DNA of 64,000 nucleotides from Oscillospiraceae bacterium (GCA_015064315.1 SVSL01000005.1:182-64181); one strand, 5' to 3'; shown: positions 45,404 through 54,737, counted from the first letter of the stretch. Notes: generated by a model from the letters alone, not told the origin. Numbers and translations: made by a program.

Positions 45404-47220
45404 GACTGCACGATCCCAAGCAGGAAAAGCACGGTCCGATCCGCGTTTTTAAAAACGTGTGGTTTATGTTCCGCTATACCTTCCGATACACGCCGGGCTA
45501 CATCTGGGTAACGTTGACCGAGGCGGTAGGACGCGGAATGTGGCATATCTTTGAGGTTTTGTACGTCAAATATCTGTTTGATGCCATTGAAGAAGGAAGA
45601 GACTTTCGGGAAATCCTGTTCTGCTCGCTTTTGCTGATCACTTATAACTGTCTGTTTGAGCTGTTTAACAAATGGATGCTCAACGTGTATCGCCCCAAAG
45701 CCAACTATGCTCTGCACGAGGGGATGCAAAAGGAGCTTTATCGCAAGGCAATGGAGCTTGATCAGGCTTGCTATGACGATCCCGAGTTTTACAACGATTT
45801 CATCTGGGCGATTCGTGAATCCGATGCCAGAACCACTAAAATGATGGTGGATCTGAGTATTTTTCTCAATCGTATTATTGCTACAGTTACCATTTTGGGT
45901 GTTCTCATCGCAATGGATTGGATCGTTGCCCTGATCCTGGTTCTTTCGCTGATCGTCAGCTTTGTCCTCAAGATCAAGCTTAATAAGCTTCAATACGCCA
46001 AATCCTTGGAGGAAAATGTGATTGACCGCAAGAACTCTTACATCAAGCGCATATTCTATCTGTCTGATTACGCCAAGGAACTGCGGCAGGGAGGCATTGG
46101 AGAATCGTTGGAGGAGCGTTACGGGGAGATTATGCAGGAGTATATTGCCTGTGAGAAAAAGTGGATGAGAAGGATTCTGGGCTTGCGTTTCTTGGTAACC
46201 GTTTGCTCGGATCTGGTCACTCAGCTCGGAATCGTAGGCTATATGATCGTACGCAAGCTGACAGATCCTCTCTTGACACTTGGCATCTTTGCCGCAAGCA
46301 TTAACGCCACCATGAAGCTTTATTGGCAGGTTAACTCCATCAGCGACTATCTGACCAAGTTCAACGAGCATAGTTTGTACGTGGATAAGTTTCGCAGATT
46401 TATCGATTACCAGCCTACGGTCAAGGGAGAGCTCGTCGAGATCCCTCCCTTTGAATCGCTGACGTTGCGGGGATTGCAGTTTGCCTATCCCTTTTCCCAA
46501 AAAGAGGAATTGGTTCTGAAAAGCCTTGATCTGGAGATCAAAAGGGGTGAGAAGATTGCCTTTGTAGGCTATAATGGAGCAGGGAAGACTACGCTGATCA
46601 AGCTTCTCATGAGACTTTATGACGCCACAGAAGGAGAGATCCTTTACAACGGACAGAATATTACCGCATATGATCCTAATAGCTATCGTGGGCATATCGG
46701 AGCGGTCTTTCAGGACTATAAGGTTTTTGCCGCCACGGTTGCCGAGAACGTGTTGGGAGGAGAATATACTCCCCAAGAGGAGGAGACTGTTCTAAAGGCT
46801 CTCCGAGCCGCCTCCTTTGAGGAAAAGCTGGCGGCTCTACCGGAGGGAATTCTCACGCCTTTGACGCGAGAGTTTGATAAAAAGGGCGTGGAGCTTTCGG
46901 GCGGTGAATCTCAGAAGATTGCCATTGCCCGTGTGTTTGCGCACGACTATGATTTGATGATCCTGGATGAGCCCTCTTCTGCGCTTGATCCCATTGCCGA
47001 GTATGAGCTTAACAGATCCATTTTGGAAAACGCGAAGGACAAGACGGTGATTTTCATTTCTCACCGTTTGTCTACCACGCGTATGGCGGATCGGATCTAT
47101 ATGTTTGATCAAGGGGCGATTGTCGAGGTCGGTTCTCACGACCGGCTTATGGCGAAAAATGGCAAGTATGCCGAAATGTATCGCACACAGGCTAAAAAAT
47201 ATCGATCGGGAACAAAGTGA
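45400..47220 (+). CDS. ABC transporter permease/ATP-binding protein (partner half-transporter)
   Basis: ATGA overlap with the upstream stop. GYNGAGKTT, SGGESQK, ILDEPSSALD. Confidence 0.85.
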   Translation: MRLHDPKQEKHGPIRVFKNVWFMFRYTFRYTPGYIWVTLTEAVGRGMWHIFEVLYVKYLFDAIEEGRDFREILFCSLLLITYNCLFELFNKWMLNVYRPKANYALHEGMQKELYRKAMELDQACYDDPEFYNDFIWAIRESDARTTKMMVDLSIFLNRIIATVTILGVLIAMDWIVALILVLSLIVSFVLKIKLNKLQYAKSLEENVIDRKNSYIKRIFYLSDYAKELRQGGIGESLEERYGEIMQEYIACEKKWMRRILGLRFLVTVCSDLVTQLGIVGYMIVRKLTDPLLTLGIFAASINATMKLYWQVNSISDYLTKFNEHSLYVDKFRRFIDYQPTVKGELVEIPPFESLTLRGLQFAYPFSQKEELVLKSLDLEIKRGEKIAFVGYNGAGKTTLIKLLMRLYDATEGEILYNGQNITAYDPNSYRGHIGAVFQDYKVFAATVAENVLGGEYTPQEEETVLKALRAASFEEKLAALPEGILTPLTREFDKKGVELSGGESQKIAIARVFAHDYDLMILDEPSSALDPIAEYELNRSILENAKDKTVIFISHRLSTTRMADRIYMFDQGAIVEVGSHDRLMAKNGKYAEMYRTQAKKYRSGTK

Positions 47221-47260
47221 TCTTCTGCTTTCTCCCCAAAAATAATCGCACACAGGTGTG

Positions 47261-47310
47261 AAAAAAAGATCGGATCATTCAATCCATTGGAGAGAATGAT
47301 CCGATTTTTT
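47261..47310. terminator. Bidirectional intrinsic terminator
   Basis: GATCGGATCATTC / GAATGATCCGAT(C) stem flanked by an A7 run upstream and a T6 run downstream. It serves the convergent genes. Confidence 0.8.
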
Positions 47311-49276
47311 AGCGCAATTTCATTTGGAGAAGTCCTATGCGTCCCGAAGGGATGAGGATGCGGTCGCCGTCGATGACGGCTTTTCCGGGGGAGACGTTGG
47401 TATCAAGCTTTGCCAACAGCTTCGGTGCTTGCAGGTTGGAGATATCCGCAGCCCAGATGCGTCCCGCGGGGCGGTGGGAGGCGATGAGAAGACGGTCGTT
47501 CATGGTCAAAAGTCCCGTAAAGCCTTCCCCTACGCGATAGTGGGGCAGATCGTTCAAATTTGTGAGGTTTTCATGCTTGGGAGAAATGAAAACGTAGCTG
47601 TTGGAATCGGTATACAGGATGCTTTCGCCATCGGTCTCCACACCCTCCTCGGTGTAACGCGAGCGAGGGGTGTATTTGACGGCATGGAAGGTAAAGTCGC
47701 CCTTGTCGGGATTGGTGGTGAGCAGACCGGGACCGAAGCAAAAGGCTACCATGGTGCCGTCGGCAAGATTCTTGGAGGCAAAATTGTTGCCGTAAAAAAT
47801 GCCGTGCGCTACGGTATAGCCATACAGAGGCTTGACGCTTTCGGGATCGGAAACGTCGTACATTCCCATCTCATAGCAGCCGATGCCGCAGAGCAGATAT
47901 CCTCCGCTATCGCTCAGGGCGATCTGATTGATCGATTTTCCTGCCGCAAAGCCCCCAATGCGCTTGGCGGAGAAGCCGTCCAGCTCAAAGATCTCAACGC
48001 CGCGGATTCCCTCGGCAACAAAGAGGCGGTTTTTGTGAAGCTTGACGTCAAGGGCTTGGTCGGCGGTCTGAATAATGGCGCGTCTTTCCAGTGTCTTTTT
48101 ATCAAGGAGATGAACGCCACCCTCTGCGCAGGCAAGCGCCAAAAGCGATTCGTTTGCATCCATCGAAAGCACCGAAAAATCACCCACGTATGCAGTTTTC
48201 AGCGTTGCGCCGTGTCCCTCGAAGGAAAGAGCGGGCAGAGCGGTTGGCAGAAAAACGTCGGTGCGATTGAGGGGCGTATCGCCTAATTTCAACCCACGTA
48301 CCGCAAAAAGATCAACGCAGGAGGCAACAAAGAGGTTGCCGTTAAGCACCGTTGCGCCCGTCACGGCGTTGGGATCACAGTCCGCGGGAGGAACAAAGCG
48401 AAAGCGTGTTTCCAGCGTTTCGGGATCCAGCCCGAACACCCCAAGGATCGAATTGTTGACCACCAAGGTGTCTCCGTAGAGGGATGGCTCCCACATATCC
48501 ATGGTCTCGCAGTAGGCTCTTTCAAAGATGATCCCGTTTTTTTGCACGGGATTTTTGGGATCACGCACGTCAAAGATCTCCACGCCGTTGCCTCTGCCAA
48601 AGGCAGGATCGCTTGGATCCTTTTTGACAAGATTTCTTGCGTGCTGACCCGTTGCGGCGTAGAGGATGCCGTTCTTTACGTGCACGCCGTCTCCGCGCCC
48701 CTGCAGGGGGATCTCCGAGAGAACGGTAGGCTTTGAGGGATCGTGAATATCCACGATCACTACCTTTTTCTGCCCCCAGGCACCGCAATAGAGGATGCCG
48801 TCCGAAACGGTTGCCGACTGGACCTCTCCCACGCGAACAAGCCCCACGTAGCGGGGGGCGGTGGGATCGGAAATATCCAGAATTTCCACACCGTAGTGAC
48901 GGCAGGAGATGAAGGCGAGGTTGCCGTACAGCGCCACACCCGTGGCAAATTCCACCGTACGGTAGTGGCAAAGAAGCCGAGGGGTGATCTCGCTGACGTC
49001 AAAGAACCAAAGCCCGTCCTCCCGCGCGCTGATGACCGCCACGTTTCCGATCATTTCGATCTGACGGGTGTGCCCCAGTCCCTCGTAGGTGGCGAGAAGC
49101 TCCAATTTTTCATTCAGAACCGAGAGCCTGCCCGTGTGCCCTTCGCAGGCGCGTTGGATGGCGTAGATTCTTCCGCCGTGCGCCTTGACGTCCATGCAGG
49201 CACCAATGCCCGCACGCTCCGAGAGAACCGTGGGCGCTGAGCCGCTTTGATTTGTGTGAAGCTGATTCGAATTCAT
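47309..49276 (-). CDS. LVIVD-repeat beta-propeller protein
   Basis: Recurrent motifs VEILDISDPTAP, VVIVDIHDPSKP, VEIFDVRDPKNP and WFFDVSEITP. No signal peptide. Confidence 0.72.
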   Translation of the reverse strand: MNSNQLHTNQSGSAPTVLSERAGIGACMDVKAHGGRIYAIQRACEGHTGRLSVLNEKLELLATYEGLGHTRQIEMIGNVAVISAREDGLWFFDVSEITPRLLCHYRTVEFATGVALYGNLAFISCRHYGVEILDISDPTAPRYVGLVRVGEVQSATVSDGILYCGAWGQKKVVIVDIHDPSKPTVLSEIPLQGRGDGVHVKNGILYAATGQHARNLVKKDPSDPAFGRGNGVEIFDVRDPKNPVQKNGIIFERAYCETMDMWEPSLYGDTLVVNNSILGVFGLDPETLETRFRFVPPADCDPNAVTGATVLNGNLFVASCVDLFAVRGLKLGDTPLNRTDVFLPTALPALSFEGHGATLKTAYVGDFSVLSMDANESLLALACAEGGVHLLDKKTLERRAIIQTADQALDVKLHKNRLFVAEGIRGVEIFELDGFSAKRIGGFAAGKSINQIALSDSGGYLLCGIGCYEMGMYDVSDPESVKPLYGYTVAHGIFYGNNFASKNLADGTMVAFCFGPGLLTTNPDKGDFTFHAVKYTPRSRYTEEGVETDGESILYTDSNSYVFISPKHENLTNLNDLPHYRVGEGFTGLLTMNDRLLIASHRPAGRIWAADISNLQAPKLLAKLDTNVSPGKAVIDGDRILIPSGRIGLLQMKLR

Positions 49277-49399
49277 AGCCGATCACTCCTTTCTGTTGGA
49301 ATTATTATAGCATGCCGTGATGAAAAAATCAATACGTATGTGGATTTTTTGAAAAAAGAACGGCGACAGGCGCCGTTCTTGAAGAAAATTTGGAGGATG

Positions 49400-49480
49400 C
49401 GGGCTGTCGAGGGCGCCAGCCCCTACCGGTTGAAGGGAAAATAAGCGATTATCGGTAGGGGACGGCGCCTCGACGTCCCG
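49400..49480. repeat. Pair of REP-like arms in inside-out orientation
   Basis: C-GGGCTG-TCGAGGGCGC-CAGCCC-CTAC (49400..49426) and GTAG-GGGACG-GCGCCTCGAC-GTCCC-G (49455..49480). Confidence 0.7.
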
Positions 49481-49482
49481 TT

Positions 49483-49517
49483 ACTTTTCATTTTGCATTT
49501 TGCACTTTGCATTTTCA
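49483..49517. repeat. Run of five heptads A(C/T)TTT(G/C)C
   Basis: ACTTTTC ATTTTGC ATTTTGC ACTTTGC ATTTTCA. The last unit overlaps the stop codon of the minus-strand LRR gene. Confidence 0.7.
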
Positions 49518-51170
49518 CTCCCACGCCGTGGGGATGCCGTCCACGTATCGCCAGTATTTGCCGGCGGTATTGGGTTGAACTTCGGAGTAGTAATAGATGG
49601 TGGCGGAGGTGAGGGATTCGTTGCCGGAATCAATGGCGATTGCACTCCATTCTTGCGCTGTGCCACCATAATAAACAATCTTGAGTTTATCGCAATATTG
49701 GAATGCATAGTAGCCAATGCTTGTGACTCTATCGGGAATGGTGATGTTGGTAAGATTACTGCAACCCGAGAATGCACACCAATTAATACTTGTGACATTA
49801 TTAGGAATAGATATTCTAGTAAGGCTAATGCAATCCGAGAATGCGTGCCAATCAATGATTGTTACGCTACTGGGGATGGATATGCTGGTAAGGCTGCGAC
49901 AATTTGAGAATGCGTTGCAGTCGATGTTTGTGATGTTATCAGGTAAGGAGATACTAGTTAGACTACTGCAATGCGAGAAAGCTCCCTTGCCAATGCTTTT
50001 CAAACTGTTGCCAAGAAAGATGTCCGTAATATTACTGCAACCCGAGAACGCATAATCGCCAATTCCGATTGCGTTTTGGCGCAAAACAGCATTTGTTACA
50101 TTTGTGTCACAGGCAATCACCCATTTGTCAACATAGGATATTCCGTTTTCCACTTGGATAAGGCTATTGCAACCTTTAAACGCATCCTCACCAATACTGA
50201 CCACGCTATCCGGAATAAATATGCTGGTGAGGCTATTGCAACCAGAGAAAGCCTTAGGGGCAATGCTTGTCACGTTATTGCCAAGAGTAACACTTGTAAG
50301 ATTGGTGCAACAGCAGAATGCCAGTTGCCCAATGTTAACTACACCATTTCCGATAATAACGGAGGTAAGGCTATTGCAAAAATAAAATGCGCCCTCGCCA
50401 ATGCTTATCACACTATTTGGAATGGATATACTAATAAGGTTTGCGCAATCGTAGAATGCCTGCCGTCCAATGCTTGTTACACCATTAGGAATGGATATGT
50501 CAGTAAGACTGTTACAACTATGGAACGCACTATCGCTAATGCTTGTAACATTATCGGGAATGGTGATGCTTGTAAGGCTACTGCAACTATGGAACGCACT
50601 ATCGCCAATGCTTGTAACATTATCGGGAATGGTGATGCTTGTAAGGCTACTGCAACTATGGAACGCACTATCGCCAATGCTTGTGACATTATTGGGGATA
50701 ATGATACTGGTGATTTTATTGCAATTATAAAATGCCCCCTTTGCAAGACCTGTTACAGTATCTCCATTAGGGGAAGTCGGGGGGATCAAAATCTTGGAGG
50801 ATGTACAGGTGCCGATTCCACTAATATAACAAGTGCCGTCCTGGTTAGAAGTGAATTCCAGCCCGGAACTAAACTCTAGTCCACATACAGTACAGACATT
50901 ATTCTCGCACTTGTGACCGTTGATACAAGGATCCGTGGGATTTATGGGATCCGTTGGCTGAGTGGGAATTTCATTCGTTCCAACGGTGCCCGTTGTCTTT
51001 TGCTCTGAATCTATAGGAACGGTTATGTTTTCTTCGAAAGTTTGTTTTGGACTGTTAGGACTATTATTCTGCTTGGCATTCTCACCAGAATCACAAGCTG
51101 TCAATAGCATTGCTACGCATAATAATAGGATACAAGTGCTGATCCAACATTGTTTTTTGAACTTCTTCAT
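49515..51170 (-). CDS. BspA-type leucine-rich-repeat surface lipoprotein
   Basis: Lipobox LLTAC and many 23-aa repeats (IPDNVTSIGDSAFHSCSSLTSIT). AAGGAGG ribosome site. Confidence 0.85.
   Translation of the reverse strand: MKKFKKQCWISTCILLLCVAMLLTACDSGENAKQNNSPNSPKQTFEENITVPIDSEQKTTGTVGTNEIPTQPTDPINPTDPCINGHKCENNVCTVCGLEFSSGLEFTSNQDGTCYISGIGTCTSSKILIPPTSPNGDTVTGLAKGAFYNCNKITSIIIPNNVTSIGDSAFHSCSSLTSITIPDNVTSIGDSAFHSCSSLTSITIPDNVTSISDSAFHSCNSLTDISIPNGVTSIGRQAFYDCANLISISIPNSVISIGEGAFYFCNSLTSVIIGNGVVNIGQLAFCCCTNLTSVTLGNNVTSIAPKAFSGCNSLTSIFIPDSVVSIGEDAFKGCNSLIQVENGISYVDKWVIACDTNVTNAVLRQNAIGIGDYAFSGCSNITDIFLGNSLKSIGKGAFSHCSSLTSISLPDNITNIDCNAFSNCRSLTSISIPSSVTIIDWHAFSDCISLTRISIPNNVTSINWCAFSGCSNLTNITIPDRVTSIGYYAFQYCDKLKIVYYGGTAQEWSAIAIDSGNESLTSATIYYYSEVQPNTAGKYWRYVDGIPTAWE
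50521..50727 (-). repeat. Three near-identical 69-bp tandem repeats inside the LRR gene
   Basis: ATGGAACGCACTATCGC recurs at 50521, 50590 and 50659 (69-nt period, equal to one 23-aa LRR). Confidence 0.88.
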
Positions 51171-51458
51171 AAAAGTTCCTCCTTAAAAAATGTTTTTTCG
51201 GTGAAAAACAAAAAAGGTGCGCATAACCGAGGTTATACGCACCGAAAAACGCACAACTCCGATTGCTGCCACACAACTTTTGACACCTTCCATAAGATAC
51301 GCCAAAAAAGAGTATGCATTTTTACCGAAATAAAAATGGGCATACCTATGGAAAGCAGGTGTATTCAGTTGTGTGGCAGTTTTATTATATCACAAAAAAT
51401 ACTATTTGTAAACCCCAAATTTTCAAAATTAGGATTCTCTCTTTTTTTCTCTTTCTCC

Positions 51459-51487
51459 TTGACTTTTTACCTCTTTTATTGTATAAT
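51459..51487 (+). promoter_or_regulatory. Promoter of miaB
   Basis: TTGACT (51459..51464), 17 nt, TATAAT (51482..51487). Confidence 0.55.
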
Positions 51488-51525
51488 ATAATGAGATAAG
51501 TATTGCCGAAAGTGAGGCATGGACA

Positions 51526-52953
51526 GTGATCAACAAAAACAATATTCTGCCGCGTGAAGAGGTCGAGGCGCAAAAGGCATATATTGCGCGGATGCGCGCC
51601 GAGAACGATGCCTATCTTGCGGAGCACGGCGTTCGTCGCAAGGCATTTGTGCTGACCTTTGGCTGTCAGCAAAACGAAGCCGACAGCGAAAAGCTTTCGG
51701 GACTCTCGGAGGCGATGGGCTACGAGATCGTGGGCGCTCCCGAGGATGCCGACCTCATCGTGGTCAACACCTGCGCCATCCGCGAGCACGCCGAGCAAAA
51801 GGCTCTTTCCATTGTGGGGCAGTACAAGCACCTCAAGGCGAAGAACCCCGATCTCATCATCGCCGTTTGCGGCTGTATGGTGACGCAGGAGCACCGCAAG
51901 AATGATATCAAATTCCGCTACCCTTATGTGGATTTCGTCTTTGGAACCTCCTCCATCCACCGCTTCCCCCAGCTTCTTTGGGACAAGCGGGAAAAAGGAA
52001 AGCGGCTCTACTGTCCCGAGGAGAAGGAATATCTGGTTGCCGAGGGGCTTCCCATTCGTCGCGAGAGCGACTACCGCGCCTGGGTCTCGGTGATGTACGG
52101 GTGCAACAATTTTTGCTCCTACTGCATCGTTCCCTACGTCCGTGGACGCGAGAGAAGCCGCGAGATGGCTCCCATTGTGGCGGAGGTCAAGGAGCTGGTT
52201 GCGCGCGGCTACAAGGATATTACGCTTCTTGGACAAAACGTCAACTCCTACGGCAAGGACAGCGGATACCCCTATGATTTCGCGGATCTTCTCTCGGAGC
52301 TGGACAAGATTGAGGGCGACTATCAGCTGCGCTTTATGACCAGCCACCCAAAGGATGCCGATCGAAAGCTCATCGACGTCATGGCAGATTCCAAGCATAT
52401 CGCGCGGCATTTTCATCTGCCCATGCAATCGGGAAGTGATACGATTCTCAAAGCCATGAACCGCCACTACGATACCGAACGCTATCTCGGCATCGTGGAC
52501 TATATGCGAAAGAAGATGCCCGACGTGACCATCACATCGGATATCATCGTGGGCTTTCCGGGAGAGACCGAGGAGGATTTTGAGGGAACGCTGGCAATGC
52601 TTCGCAGAGTGGAGTTTGATATGCTCTATTCCTTCATCTACTCGGCGCGAAAGGGAACACCCGCCGCCGAGATGGAGCAGGTTCCCAGAGAGATTCAAAA
52701 CGCTCGCTTTGACCGCCTTCTGGCACTTCAGGGCGAGATTGCCAAGGCGAAGAATCAGCCTCTTGTGGGGCAAAAGCTTCGCGTGCTTTGCGACGGTGTG
52801 AGCAAGAACAATCCAAACCTCTATTCGGGGCGCACCGAGGGGAACAAGATCGTCTTCTTTGAGGGCGTGCCCGAGGATCGCGGACAGTTTGTTGATTTTG
52901 TTGCCGACCGTGCCGATGCTTTTGCGCTGTACGGGAAGAAGATTGCAAAGTAA
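51526..52953 (+). CDS. miaB: tRNA-2-methylthio-N6-dimethylallyladenosine synthase
   Basis: FVLTFGCQQNEADSE, radical-SAM CNNFCSYCIVP, TRAM C-terminus. The GTG start is as in the ORF track. Confidence 0.9.
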   Translation: MINKNNILPREEVEAQKAYIARMRAENDAYLAEHGVRRKAFVLTFGCQQNEADSEKLSGLSEAMGYEIVGAPEDADLIVVNTCAIREHAEQKALSIVGQYKHLKAKNPDLIIAVCGCMVTQEHRKNDIKFRYPYVDFVFGTSSIHRFPQLLWDKREKGKRLYCPEEKEYLVAEGLPIRRESDYRAWVSVMYGCNNFCSYCIVPYVRGRERSREMAPIVAEVKELVARGYKDITLLGQNVNSYGKDSGYPYDFADLLSELDKIEGDYQLRFMTSHPKDADRKLIDVMADSKHIARHFHLPMQSGSDTILKAMNRHYDTERYLGIVDYMRKKMPDVTITSDIIVGFPGETEEDFEGTLAMLRRVEFDMLYSFIYSARKGTPAAEMEQVPREIQNARFDRLLALQGEIAKAKNQPLVGQKLRVLCDGVSKNNPNLYSGRTEGNKIVFFEGVPEDRGQFVDFVADRADAFALYGKKIAK

Positions 52954-52969
52954 GTAAGGAGAGATTGAA

Positions 52970-53359
52970 TTGTTACGTGCCGAAATTGTTAAAGAAATGT
53001 CCATGCCTTATGAGACATTGGTAGAATACTTGCTTGTGAAATATGGTGGGGCTATAGGAGATTATTTTTCTACACCAGAATGTAAAACAAAAAACAAAAA
53101 AGCAGTACGAACAGCGGAGGGACTGTATTGCCACCACATAGACGAAGACAAAGGAGGAAATTTGTCTAATCCTTGTTCAGCAAGACGGCAGCCTTTTGAA
53201 TGGCAAAAAAAAGAAAGATTGGTGTATTGCAATTTATTGGAGCATTTGATACTGCATATAAAGATTGCTATTCTAAGACAAAAAACAAAATTCAAAAAAC
53301 CTCTGACCTCAAAGATTTTTTTACTACAGGCGGGGTGTTTATGGTATGCCAAGAAATAA
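52970..53359 (+). CDS. Small hypothetical protein with an HNH-like (His-His...Asn...His) signature, in the AT-rich islet
   Basis: The TTG start lies 8 nt after AAGGAG (52956..52961). The motif is YCHHIDEDKGGNLSN...LVYCNLLEHLILH with four Cys. The 3' end is uncertain because of the overlap with the next ORF. Confidence 0.5.
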   Translation: MLRAEIVKEMSMPYETLVEYLLVKYGGAIGDYFSTPECKTKNKKAVRTAEGLYCHHIDEDKGGNLSNPCSARRQPFEWQKKERLVYCNLLEHLILHIKIAILRQKTKFKKPLTSKIFLLQAGCLWYAKK

Positions 53360-54318
53360 ATGATATGTTCAGAATGAATGGAACTACTGTATCCTATAAA
53401 CAATGTTGCTATAAACAGTTTGAGGACAATTATGAAGAATATATATGTATTTTGAAAACCGTTTTGTGTTACCTCGAGCTCAATTATGAAGGGGATAAAA
53501 ATACAGAGACGCTCTTTAAAAAGGGGAGAGTGATCGATCATTCGGGCATTCAAGGAGTGGTAGAAGATTATCATGAGTTAGGGGGATGGATTGTTGTAAA
53601 GAAAACTAACGGAGAGACGGAAAAAATTCCGAAATATGTGCTTGAGGGAGTGTTTGGATCATTGTTTTCTTATAGTGATCGAATGAATGCCGTTAGAAGA
53701 GATTTGTCGCTTGGCTACAGAGACTTTTATAGGACAATATTTGAAGAGTTGTCTGTGAAAGATTGTTCAACGATGAAAAAGTGGTGTGACTTATTATCGG
53801 TTGACTATACGGGTTATGGACATGTTCAGTTTTCCAAGATTCATTTGGACAAAAATATATATGGCTCTGAGAATGCAGATGAATATGTATCTAAAGCGTA
53901 CCCGGCTTTGCATGCTTCTACCTTCAATACAGATCAAAAAGAGATTGTTTTTTGGAGGGGAGATTTCCCTGAAGATATACTAAAAAGTGATTGCTTTTAC
54001 ATTGTTAGGATTGAAACTTCTTTCAAAATAAAGGAAGGTGAAATTCCGTTTGTAAAATATAAAGAGCGGGATTTTTTAAGAAGACCGCTTCTTGGACTAA
54101 CAAATACGTATAATCTGCTGCAACATGAAATAATTTTACACACATCTGACTTGTATTCTGAAAAAGACAATAAATACTATAGTCAATACAAAAACTTGGA
54201 GGGTAAGATTTGTGATGCAACAGTCAAGCTTACATTGACTAAAGGGGATTTTGAATTGTTCAAGGAAAGACATTATATTAGAACGCTAAAAATTTTAGAT
54301 GGATGCTATTTTCGATAA
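53341..54318 (+). CDS. Hypothetical protein (325 aa from the ATG at 53341; the ORF is open from 53200), in the AT-rich islet
   Basis: This is a long AT-rich ORF in a window where random AT-rich ORFs of this size are unlikely. GGCGGGG lies upstream of the ATG at 53341. I recognise no domain. Confidence 0.55.
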   Translation: MVCQEINDMFRMNGTTVSYKQCCYKQFEDNYEEYICILKTVLCYLELNYEGDKNTETLFKKGRVIDHSGIQGVVEDYHELGGWIVVKKTNGETEKIPKYVLEGVFGSLFSYSDRMNAVRRDLSLGYRDFYRTIFEELSVKDCSTMKKWCDLLSVDYTGYGHVQFSKIHLDKNIYGSENADEYVSKAYPALHASTFNTDQKEIVFWRGDFPEDILKSDCFYIVRIETSFKIKEGEIPFVKYKERDFLRRPLLGLTNTYNLLQHEIILHTSDLYSEKDNKYYSQYKNLEGKICDATVKLTLTKGDFELFKERHYIRTLKILDGCYFR

Positions 54319-54350
54319 AATATTGATTTTAAAAAGGAGTTTTATTTGCC

Positions 54351-54737
54351 ATGGAAATTTTTGAACTTGCCGCAGAGCTCGGCAAAAAGCTGAAGGATGA
54401 CGCACGCCTGATCGCTTTGGAGGATGCCAAGAAGGCATACGAGGGAAGCGCAGAGCTGAAGAAGTATATGATCGAATACGAGGTTCAACAAAAGGCAATG
54501 CAGGCAGAGGTCGCAAGAGCTGACAGAGATATGCAGATGGTCGAGGTGATTCAGAAGCGTATTGACGAGCTTTACAGACTTATCGCGCAGCACCCCGTAT
54601 TCGTGGAGCTGGATCGCGCGCAGGCAGAGGTCAACGAGCTGATGAACGCGGTCAACAACACCATCATGACCCAGATCACCGGTCAGGAGCCCTCGAGCTG
54701 CACCCACAACTGCGCTACCTGTGGCGGATGCCACTGA
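54351..54737 (+). CDS. YlbF/YmcA (RicF/RicA) family regulatory protein with a Cys-rich C-terminal tail
   Basis: Helical YmcA-like sequence (LGKKLKDDARLIALEDAKKAYE...IDELYRLIAQHPVFVELDRAQ). It occupies the position between miaB and mutS, as ymcA does in B. subtilis. Confidence 0.75.
   Translation: MEIFELAAELGKKLKDDARLIALEDAKKAYEGSAELKKYMIEYEVQQKAMQAEVARADRDMQMVEVIQKRIDELYRLIAQHPVFVELDRAQAEVNELMNAVNNTIMTQITGQEPSSCTHNCATCGGCH

Noticed and set aside
52954-54345. Calling the AT-rich islet a mobile element
   Set aside because: No integrase or transposase, no terminal inverted repeats and no convincing flanking direct repeats. Only weak similarity exists between AGATTGAATT at 52963 and TATTGATTTT at 54321. 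I therefore report it as a compositional islet.
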